DNA from: the human T2T-CHM13v2.0 reference genome, Homo sapiens
NCBI RefSeq assembly: GCF_009914755.1
Contig: NC_060944.1
Direction: 5' to 3' (one strand)
Length of the DNA stretch: 64,000 nucleotides
Every line of letters starts with the position of its first letter. Within the stretch, counting starts at the first letter, position 1. The position numbers and the translations under genes are program-made. Under the pieces are notes generated by a model. That model had not been told where the DNA came from and did no database searches. It was given only the letters and a program-made list of their open reading frames with translations. This document shows, one piece after another, positions 50,779 to 61,758 of this stretch.

Positions 50779-52218
50779 CTGTTGAGAGAGGTATTTGTTG
50801 TAACTGAATACAGTGAGCAGAAGACCCTCTGCAGAGCTCAGGAATCGAACACTCTGTCCACCAAAGCCAATCTGAATCTCCTGTAGACCAGAGAGAGGTA
50901 GAGCATGAAAAATGCTCATTGAGCCGAGATTATCTGACAGGACCAAAGCATATAAAGTTGACTGAAGCAGGAGCAAACACGCTGGTTGAGGGTCAGGTGC
51001 TGTGCAGGCAGCAACAGCAAGCCAGTAAATGCCTTTGACTTCCTTCATGTTGCCCAAAGGTTCTGGTAGAGAACAAGTCACATGCCTAAGAAGGTCTTTT
51101 AAAGGGCACTCTTGCAGTTTCAGCATTTGGTCCGGGAATTGCACAAGGCTCTGCTTAAATGCAGAGCTCTTTCTAGCATCTTCATATTCAAGGCGAAAAA
51201 CTGAGCTTGGCGAGGAACCTGGTAAACCTGTAGCTGCAAAGACAGAGGCCCGGTAAGGCGCCGCACCCTCTGCTGGCCTCAGGCTCCCTGCAGCTTCGCT
51301 CTCGCTGCTGCCAACCCGAGCTTCCGGAGAATGAGATTCTGTTGACTGCATGTCAGTCTTCAAGGGCATGTGTGGGGCTAAGTGCTTCAGAAATGGCAGG
51401 CTTCTGACGAATGTTGTTACCTGGGAGGGGAGCCCCCTCGGGGCACACAGATTCCCCACAAGCCTGGCTTGGCTGATCACCTTTGTGCCAGCCTGAAGCA
51501 GGTGACTGCTGGTATCTTTATAAAGGTCTGAGAACTTGTGGTAAAAATATCCCAGTCCATTGTTTCCTTCTGTTCTGATATTTACCAGTGACTCCGATGA
51601 GCTCATTTTTTTAGCATCCAACTCTTCCTCACCTTGCTGCTCACTATAAAACTCAGACGCCAGTACGCTCTGCGGGGCACTGCAGGATGCTCTCTCCTCA
51701 TGGGAAATGCCTTCAGACAGAACCAAGCAGAGCACCTTGCCTTGCCTGGCCTGCTTGCCTCCGCTATTTATAGACACTTCTTGGGACGTATGTTGCAGCA
51801 AAGTCCAACTGGACTTGACTCTCAAGCCATGTTTATCTTTATGAGTCATCAGCTCACTGAAATTTTCTGACTGACTCTGAAAATCTTCTGCATCATCGGT
51901 GTTACTTTCGTTAAGAAAAGAGATTTTAGGTAGATTAAAACATTTTGGTTCAAAATGGCCAGCATGCTCAGGATGACAATATTTGTTTTCACTGTCCTGG
52001 AATACCTCGGGTACTGAGGACTGATCCCTCTGCTGGTGAGTTCTCTCTTGTGATGCTGAGGAAGTTGTTTTAGGGCCTGAGACGCTCCACAGCATGGGAT
52101 GATCCCAGTGGTCGTTCTGATCCACCTCCCTCCTCTCCTCTTTAATGAGGCTGGAAGTGTCAGTGGCATCTCTGGGCAGAAGCGGGTCAAGATACCATGC
52201 TGGGCAAAACTGCCTTTT
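50098..52218 (-). CDS. KIF16B: KIF16B alternative terminal exon, predicted long form (706 aa; disordered linker plus two Nischarin-like PH-fold domains)
   Basis: Frame is open from 52230 to 50098 (711 codons including the stop). The acceptor ccccatttcaactttttttgacaccttgaacag|AAA at 52218 is phase 0 and lies just inside the upstream in-frame stop. Confidence 0.7.
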   Translation of the reverse strand, partial: [706 protein letters not shown]

Positions 52219-53535
52219 CTGTTCAAGGTGTCAAAAAAAGTTGAAATGGGGATGTGGTATCTCTTTCTGTGATTCTTTTGCACATGATGATTCTTGTCAT
52301 TGGTTTCATTGGGTAGATTAATTCAGAGGTTAAATAAAAAGTCTAAGCCATTTGTATTGATACATGATTAAAGAATCGATTATCTGATTCATACATAGAA
52401 CATCAATTTTCCATATTATATATATTATAAATCACTGAGAATTTTGATAGAAATACTTTGTATGGGGTTGATCCACAGTACCCACGTCTTGATCTAATAT
52501 TTCATTTTCCCTACAATAAATTCCAAGCCCTCTGATTCAATGTTTAGAAGGTCAAATTTAGTTATGAAAATAAGTCCATGATCATATGTCCAAAATGCAA
52601 TCAAGGCAAACTTAATGAAAATCAGATGGCAAGGCCAAAAGAAATGCCCAAGTGTTCTAACCCAGGTTACATTTCTCTCTCCTTTTGGTTTGTTTCATGG
52701 GGATCAAATGTTCCCATGAACATTAACAGTAATTATCATTACTCTTATCTACAAGTCATCACCATGGAAGGACTACTGTGCACCTGCTATGTGCCAGGTA
52801 CTGTGGACACAAAGAAATGAAAGCCAGTGTCTTGCTCTGTAGAGGAGGGAAATGGCTATCCAGGGAAAGATCACATCATTACTGGATGACTGGCAGGAGG
52901 GTGTGGCTGCGGCCAAAGTCAGCTCAGCCTCTGTGAACATCCACCTCTTGCTGTCTGTTCAGTAATGTATGGACACCATCTGGAAAATTTCCATCACCTA
53001 CTATTTTTTGGGGGTTGATTTTTTAAAATTTAGGAATATATGGGAGAGACATGCCTCTCAGTGGAGGAGAATACCAGTGAAACCTTACAAATTGCATGCC
53101 CAAATAAACCTTGGTTTGACAATCCACCAGAGAAACAAGTTAATCAATCAAGAGTATTTCCTTTATACTACTACCAACTCACAGTCTATAAAATGGACAG
53201 GAGGAGTACTGAGTTTCATTTCCAAACCCCATATCTGATTCTGATTATATAATTCTGCCTTTTAAATGCAGACCAAGGGAAAATATACTATTACAAATGA
53301 AAAACTGGGCAAAGCTCCACCACAGCTACATGCCATTCAAATAAAGTCAAAGCAGTTTCAAACTACAGGATTCCGTTTAATTTTAAGTCCATATAATAGC
53401 TTGCCTTCCCTATTAGCCATTAATCTTGCCGGGACCTCAAAATTCTAATTATGCAACTAGACATTAAGAAAATGTAATCACATGAGCATGCCATAATTTA
53501 AGGCGACCCTATCAATCTGAAAAATCATTACCTAC

Positions 53536-53586
53536 CTCATATTTTAGTTTACGTTGAATGGTGCCATTGTGAAGTTTCTCATTATC
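53536..53586 (-). CDS. KIF16B: KIF16B exon (51 nt, DNEKLHNGTIQRKLKYE; probably exon 22, last exon shared by all tails)
   Basis: Manual translation; acceptor cttttcttttcttttcag|G, donor GAG|gtaggt; phase 0-0. Confidence 0.95.
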
Positions 53587-54254
53587 CTGAAAAGAAAAGA
53601 AAAAGCCCTCTATATTAAATTATAGCAAGTTCATGGGGCGGGGGACTGATTCGATTACAAGTATTTATGGGAATGGAAATCTAAATAAACATACTTGTCA
53701 TTCAACAATGACAACCCTTCTATATAATTTACATCCCCAAGATAAACATGACTCTATTGATCCATCTGCCATCAGAGAACTGAAACACTTACTCCTAATC
53801 TTAAAATTCTAAGAATAATATTAAAAACAAGATCTCCTTAGGGCATTTCTTAATTTGCAGGATAGAAATGCATTGTCTTTATTTCAGTATAGACTTGTCA
53901 CAAATATGTATCTTCTAAAAGTCAAAATTCTATTTATATTTTGGATAATTTACAAAATAAATAACTACGGAAATTGGAAGTATTTTGGAAGAAAACAGAA
54001 GAATGTTGCATGTAGAATTAAAAAGTATTTTAGACTTTATAATCACTTAAAAGTTGTCATAATTACAAAATTATAAAATAAAGTTACTCCTGAATTCCTG
54101 AATTAATACTATTTATAAACTGTTACACTCTGCCCAAGCAATATTTAATATTTTTTTCTAGAACATTCCACATCTGAATTTTCTCACTGGAAAACAAAAG
54201 ACCCCACCACTACCACCAAAAACTTATCTTCAAGGTCATCTTGAAAGACAAATG

Positions 54255-54539
54255 GGCTGAGTGTGGTGGCTCACACCTGTAATCCCAGCACTTTGGGAAG
54301 CCGAGATGGGCAGATCACTTGAGGTCAGGAGTTTGAGACAAGCCTGGCTAACATGGTGGTAGAAACCCTGTTTCTACTAAAAATACAAAAATTAGCCAGG
54401 TGTGGTGGCAGGCGCCTATAGTCCCAGCTACTTGGGAGGCTGAGGCATGAGAGTTGTTTGAACTGGGAGGTGGAGGTTGCAGTGAGCCAAGATGGTGCCA
54501 CTGCACTCCAGCTTAGGTGACAGAACAAGACTCAGTCTC

Positions 54540-54566
<27 letters not shown>
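54255..54566 (+). mobile_element. AluS (Sx/Sz-like)
   Basis: Full dimer with long A-tail; degenerate TSD gaaagacaaatg/gaaagatgaacg. Confidence 0.95.
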
Positions 54567-54570
<4 letters not shown>

Positions 54571-54616
54571 GATGAACGAACTTGTTACTTCGTGTTACTT
54601 GGCTCCTTCAGCTTAC

Positions 54617-54713
54617 CTTCATCGTGTCTGCAGATGTACTGCAGCCTTCACTAATCACACGATGCAAATCCTGAAGGCGTCTTTGGACTTCTTCTTCAAT
54701 GTAAGCATTGATC
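54617..54713 (-). CDS. KIF16B: KIF16B exon (97 nt, INAYIEEEVQRRLQDLHRVISEGCSTSADTMK; probably exon 21)
   Basis: Manual translation; acceptor gttacag|G, donor AAG|gtaagc; phase 2-0. Confidence 0.95.
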
Positions 54714-55651
54714 CTGTAACACAATGGAGATGGAGTAGATCTGACACTTCTAACCACACAGGACATTCTGAGATCCTCTCTTTACTACGCCCTTCACAAC
54801 AGGGAGCAATCTCCTTCTAAATACCAAACCTAACAACAACTTGAGAACTTCAACGTTTTTATTTTTTTCAAGAAATCTGGTGCTACATGTTCACTATCTG
54901 GGTTTTGCCCAAATGAGGTAGAACTGAACAAGTAATAGAATATTGGGAATGGAAAGGAGACTAAGTGATCCCATCCACGTCCTTAGTGGAATGCCCGCTG
55001 CAGGATGGAAGAAAATCAGTCACTGGCTTCAGAAGGCTCTGCGGTCTCTAATCTGATGCCAAGACAGAATATTTCATTCAGAGCCTTGGGTTCCTCATAC
55101 AGAAAAGGATAATACAGATGATAGTTATTTCTCACATCTCAAGGTCATGTATGAGGATTACCAAAAAAGAAAAAAATAATAAGCAAGAAATGGACATGCT
55201 CTCTACAAATCTTCCTCATTCAGATTGAACAGCGTCTAGCACACTTGTATTCCCGGTCTGTCTCGTCTCTCCAAATGGGTTCTCTGTACCTGGCCAGCAA
55301 GACCACATCGTAAAGGTCTCTACCTTCCAAAATGCCTAGGACAGGCCCAAAACAGAGATGAAGCCAAACACCACTGACTTTTGAAGCAGTGTCAACTTAT
55401 TATCTGATATCTCATAAAATGTAGGTGAAGTTGTATGAAGCAAAACTATCAGCCTTGACCACCTCAGTGGATTTTGGTCTAATCTCTGGTCATTCCACCT
55501 CAATGTTTTTAGGTCATTCCACCTGGAGGAAACAGAGAGACTAGAGAATTTTATCTTTATCGAAAATCTTTGTAATGGCAGAGACTGCCCAAATGGAAGT
55601 CATTCTGTTCTAGACTCCCCTCCTCCAATTCTACAGGTACTGATTAGATGC

Positions 55652-55962
<311 letters not shown>

Positions 55963-56715
55963 TAAATTAAATGGTTTCCATGTTTATATCTTATCACATT
56001 CACTAAATAAATAAGTAAATCTGCATAAACACATGCATAATCCTGCAATCATTTCTATACTACTGACCACAGAGAAAAGATTTTCTAAAATGCTAGGCAA
56101 AGAGATTAAAATTTTAGGTAAAAGAGCCCAAATAAAGCACAATGTTTCTGTTTCAATATTGAAAACAAAATTGTGTGCTACTGAACATGAGTGAAGGCCA
56201 TTTACAATTTATCACCCCTGATAGTCACTTAAATTTGAAACTAACCCTGTGAGATATGAGGCTCATGCCATTCTGAGTACATTTTGATATCCAAATATAT
56301 ATCTCCTAATATCTAGGGTTCAAGACTGTCCGATTTCAAATGCTCCCATGTTTAAATGGAGTGAAGAAGGGTAATCATTGTTTTCTTACAGGCAAAGAAT
56401 AATTAAGCTGATTTTTCTAAGGGCTCTAAGCCACAGAGCAATACACAATGCCACCTAAGTTGAAAATCACTTAACTAAAGTAACATCAGATACAGATTTA
56501 TTATACTCACAATCATTCTGAATATACTAGTAGTTTTTATAACAAACTTCATCTATTTGTAATCCATGACACATAAATTAACTGTCAACACAAGGTCCTT
56601 CTTCTTGGTACAGTTAATTCTAGGTCTTCGTTTTTGTCAACCTGGCCTTGCCTCACTTTGTGCTGGATGAGCTGCTTTCCCTGCAACTTTTCATTCCGCC
56701 CTCTCACTCAAACCA

Positions 56716-56968
56716 CACTTGACCCTTGAACAACACAGGTTTGAACAGCACATGTCCACTTACATGTCAGTTTTTTCCAATAAATACAGCTGGACCTCCC
56801 TATTAGTGGTTCCACATCCACAACTATACAAAGATTGAAAATACATGGAGGGCAACTTTTTCTAACCGCAGGTTCCAGAGGGCTAACAGGTGGACTTGAG
56901 GATGTGTGGATTTTGTATCAAAGAGCCATCCTGAAACCAATCCTCTGCAGATATCAAGGGACAACTGT
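56716..56968. mobile_element. MER2B-like Tigger DNA transposon
   Basis: ttgacccttgaacaacacaggtttgaac...gatatcaagggacaactgta. Confidence 0.75.
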
Positions 56969-57208
56969 ACCTGCAACAAGATTCCTTGGATCTGGCTAGC
57001 CAGGTCTCAAGTCCTTGATTTTCTTGAAATGACCCCTTACCCTACCACTGGCAGGCCAATGGCAGATGAAGGCAGAGCACATCTCAAGCACGTGTATTAC
57101 TTGTTGCCCTTAATAGAGCCCTCCAGATACAAAGTAGTTCAACAGAGAAACAATGAGTCCTTGAGTCACATCAAATGAGAAGCCTGGAATCACTTTCATG
57201 TCCAGTAC

Positions 57209-57361
57209 CTGGCATCCATGAGGGGAACCAGGTGTGATTTTTCAGCACTGACTGGCAAGCTGGAAGAAGCCACCTTCCCTTCCAGGGTCCCATGATGATC
57301 TTTTTGAACACCATCGACCTCATAAATCTTCTGTTTCAGCTGCTGGATTTCATATTCTAAC
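57209..57361 (-). CDS. KIF16B: KIF16B exon (153 nt, LEYEIQQLKQKIY...LVPLMDAR; probably exon 20)
   Basis: Acceptor tctgtgtag|G, donor AG|gtactg; phase 2-2; continues the frame of the stalk exon. Confidence 0.95.
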
Positions 57362-57384
57362 CTACACAGATAGGAGCCACATAA

Positions 57385-57990
57385 TTCATTCATTAATAGT
57401 ATTTCCCGAGCATCCTTACTGTGTGAGACATTGCTTTAGATAGCATGGGGGAACAAGATCTGTCCTCTGTGTGCAAAGAACTTTACCTTCTAGTAGAAAA
57501 GGTGCCACATACCCATAAGACAAGACATAAAGTGCCATGGGCCACAAGAAGGGTCCAGGATGAGCACTGCAGGCATCCAGAAGGTAGAGTAATTTTGACT
57601 ACCAAGAGCAAAGATCTCTCCACTGTGCTCCAAGCAAGTCCTAGAGGTAGGTGTATAGGATTCTGAGGCCTCTAACTGCTGCTTCAAAAAGAGTTGGTTG
57701 TGGACTACACATCAGGGTTCTGGTAAATACTTACGTTTGATGAAAAAGATCTATGTTTTAAAGAGTTTTAAAAACCACCAATCTAGGAGAAATTTCATAG
57801 CCATGGCAGTTCTAAGTTGAGTCTCCAGAGGCCAGTGGGAATGTTGTCATTTGGAGATGACGGCAGAAGATTATCTAAGTGCAGAAAGCAATACGAGCAA
57901 TGGGGCAAGGGCATGAAAACCAGGCATCCACTTTGGGCTAAGGCAGAGGGCATGGGAAGGGGAAGCAGAAAAGACAGGCCTAGGAAAGTA
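57385..57990 (-). mobile_element. L2 fragments abutting the exon acceptor
   Basis: attcattcatt..tatttcccgagcatccttactgtgtg (L2 3' end, reverse) and gcaaggggcatg/gcagaaag segments. Confidence 0.55.
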
Positions 57991-58864
57991 GGTTGAGTTC
58001 CATGAGAAACTAAAATAAACCATAAAATTAACCTCCAGTGATAAGTGATACATCTATATGAGGTCAAATGTGTGTAAGGTCATTCTCCCACCGGCCCAGG
58101 CATACTTGAATCCAGCCCCATCAGGCCAGAGGGCCAACCTTGCCAGTGAATTTGGCCCCAGGAAGCAGGAGACTGCAGTCCACTCACTGTGTGAGCTTGG
58201 GGAAGTTATTTAAACACGGGTCTCAATTTCTTCATGGATCAAATGAGAGCGTCAACTAATCTCCCTCAATTCCTTCAGCTCTAAAAATCAGAGATTCTGG
58301 CTTCAGATGCCAACACACCATGATGCTGTCAACCCTCTGGTGTCACCAGCAGCAATTTGACTGCTCTATCTTGAACATGAAAGCCAAGTTCTGAATTTTC
58401 AGAAATGGATCACAGGGTCATGAGGGTAAGCACTCATGGGACCCACACGAGGCTGTGCCCAGTTTAACTCAGCCCTTTCTGGGTTTATTGATTAGCAAGT
58501 ACTTCTAGAGCATCAATTTGTGGAACACACAGTATTTTCAAAAGACAAGACATAAGCAAAAAAAAAAAAATGATGTCAGAGGCCTGGTGGTGGCCAAATA
58601 ATTGGGGAGCAATATTAATAGGGTATCATCAATGGCCAAAAAAAAAAAAAAAAATGAGCTGGATGTAGGCAGGCAATTAGCAATGTTTACAGTTAAGAAA
58701 ACTCCTGCTGGGGTTGTTAAGAATTGTCCTTCAGCACAGGGCCAATGGCCAGTGGAAAAGACTCCACAGAGCAAAGAAGGGTTTGAGAGGTATCCTGAAG
58801 TCTGAGTGAGATTTATATGGATGGCAAGGGACAAGCTGGCCTTCCCGTGTGGCAGATACATGGT

Positions 58865-59125
58865 CAGAAGACTAGAGGGCTAAGTGGATCAGAGATGGGT
58901 GATGAGATTGAGATCTGACTTGCAACTCTGCCACTTTCTAACTGTGTGACACTCATCCCCAGTGGTTATACAACCACTGCAGGCTTCAGCTTCCTCATGT
59001 GTAAACTGTAGACGATGGCACCCTTTATTGGAAGAGTAAATGACAATGCACACACAGCATTTAAAGCAGGATCTGAGGTACACAGAGTTATTCTTCATGG
59101 TTTTCATCATGACTATTATCATCGT
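58865..59125 (+). mobile_element. MIR
   Basis: ctctgccactttctaactgtgtgac...cttcagcttcctcatgtgtaaa. Confidence 0.7.
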
Positions 59126-60231
59126 CATTGTTAAAGGACTCTGACAAGAAAACAGGATTAAGTGTGAGTATTAACAACTTGCCTCTGTTATCCCTGCTAT
59201 GGTGATGGGAGGTATTTCTAGTTGGGTTACCTGATCCATGTCAATGGGGCAGCTGGAATGAGCAGGTGGTAGGAAAAAAGGCAGGAAAATGGATTAAACC
59301 TGGTTCATAAAGCACTGAGAAGGCAATGGGAGAGCCAAGTTCAGGACACTGTTGTCCAGTCTGGTCCCACATGAATTTAATATTTCACACTTGTGGAATT
59401 TTACGAGGGGCCAAGTCAGGCTGCACGGTGAATCCTGGCTTAGCCGTGAGAACCCTGGGAGAAAATGAAGCACAACAGAAATTCCCATAGAAAGCTGCGG
59501 GGGTATCGCAGTCAGAGCAGAGAGCCCGGAATCCGTCGGCCTGAATTAGGACTTAGCTAAGTCTATTTCATCAAAACTCATGAAGCTAACAGCCCCCTTT
59601 ACTTGGCTTCTGAAGGAACACTCCCATTGTGTAATCACTTCCGTGGAAACTGCAATACTGTGTCTGCTATTATACAGTATTAATACTAAATGGCCAGGTG
59701 ACAAAAGCCAAGGACATCAAGCTGAAAGCTCATGCTGCATTCTTATTGCACACTACAGGCTACAAATTGAGAGTGTGCCCTCCACTACTTTAAAGTTCCT
59801 GGGGCTGGATCTTTGTCTAGCAATTTCATTTACATAACATACCTGCAATCATTTTTTTAAACCTCCAACCTATTTCTCTGAAATAACAGCATTAGGGTTT
59901 TTGATTGTTATTTTGTTGCCGTTTTGCCTGAGGGAACTACCAGACAGCGATGGTAAATGTAATCCATAGCATAAGCCAATCATTTGAATGGAGGTTGTCC
60001 TGAACTTTTCAGGCAATGTGATGGGTGAAGCTACAGTAACACTTCTGAGTAGGTCTTCCTTGTTATCAGCAACCAGCCCCATGCATCAGCTAAATGCCAA
60101 GGTGGGGTCTCCTGGCCAGTACACTGGACTTCTGTTGAAGCCCCCTTAGGAGGTGCTGTGGGTGGGGGGAGTACTGCGGAGAGGGCAAGGTTTCATCTCT
60201 CCAATCTGAGCTTCAGTTAAGATCTCAACTG

Positions 60232-60758
<527 letters not shown>

Positions 60759-61164
60759 TCAAATTCACATAATATGCATTTTGAGAACTTATGGTCTGGT
60801 AAGTATGGTGACAGAAAATAGGTGAAGGAAGATAAATATTCTTACCTTACAAGACAAGAGTGCTAATTTCCTAGTTTTATTTTTCACAACAACAAAAATA
60901 CTATCAGTAAATCACCAAACATGTTCTAATATCCCACTGTGTTCAGAATTATCTGGAGTTTTGTTTGTTGGTTCGGTTGACTGTTTTATAATGCAGAGTC
61001 CTGAGGCCTTCTCTTAAATACTGTGACTCAATAGGGGTGGGAGAAGTATTGATTTTTTCATTCCCAACATGTTGCAGAAATCAGTAGCCTGTATGCAAAC
61101 CATGAACCCAGGGATGATACTTATTTCAACAAGTGCTGGTCATGGAGAAGATGTGAAATCATTA

Positions 61165-61422
61165 GTAAGAAAGGGCAGGGAAGTAGAGATGGAAAGAGGT
61201 GAGGGAGGAGGGAAGAAAATAGGGAGAGAAGGAAAGAGACAGGGAGCAAGTCAGAGAGGGGCAAGGAGGGAAGGAAGAAAGGGGAGGGAGAGGAAAGAGA
61301 GAGGGCAAAGGAAGAGAAAGGAGGAGGAAATAGATGCAATGGAAGGGAGAGGAGGGAACTGAAGGGGAAGAAGAAAGGGGAAAGAGAGGGAGACAGGCAA
61401 GGGAGATAAGAAAGAAGGAGAA
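61165..61422. repeat. GA-rich low-complexity polypurine/polypyrimidine tract
   Basis: ~260 bp, almost entirely A/G on the plus strand. Confidence 0.9.
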
Positions 61423-61758
61423 ATCAAAGTGGAAACTTTCTAGTCTTGCATTTATCAAAATATTAAAACACGCACATTCCATAGGACAGTGGGATAATGT
61501 ACATGGGCTTTGCTTTTGTTTGTGTGTTTTTCAACTCTAGGCTAACAATTCTAAAAGAAGGACACTAAGGAGAAATACAAGAAGTTTAGGAGTACTTTTC
61601 TCAGTTCTGGCAAATATAAGCATTTGCCTATGTATTAAAGAATATGAAGGCTAAAAGAATAAGTTAAAAAAAAAAAAGGATAAACACAACATGAGGAGTG
61701 AAAAATGAGCACTCATTTGGCACCCACTGTATGCCACACCCTTCCTTCCCAATCTCAC

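Noticed and set aside
52096-52125. DHWD as a W-acidic kinesin-light-chain binding motif
   Set aside because: Lacks the L/M at the -2 position typical of such motifs; too weak to claim.
51849-52283. 144-aa ORF overlapping the long alternative exon in another frame
   Set aside because: No homology or compositional signal; it crosses the acceptor's pyrimidine tract; likely a shadow ORF.
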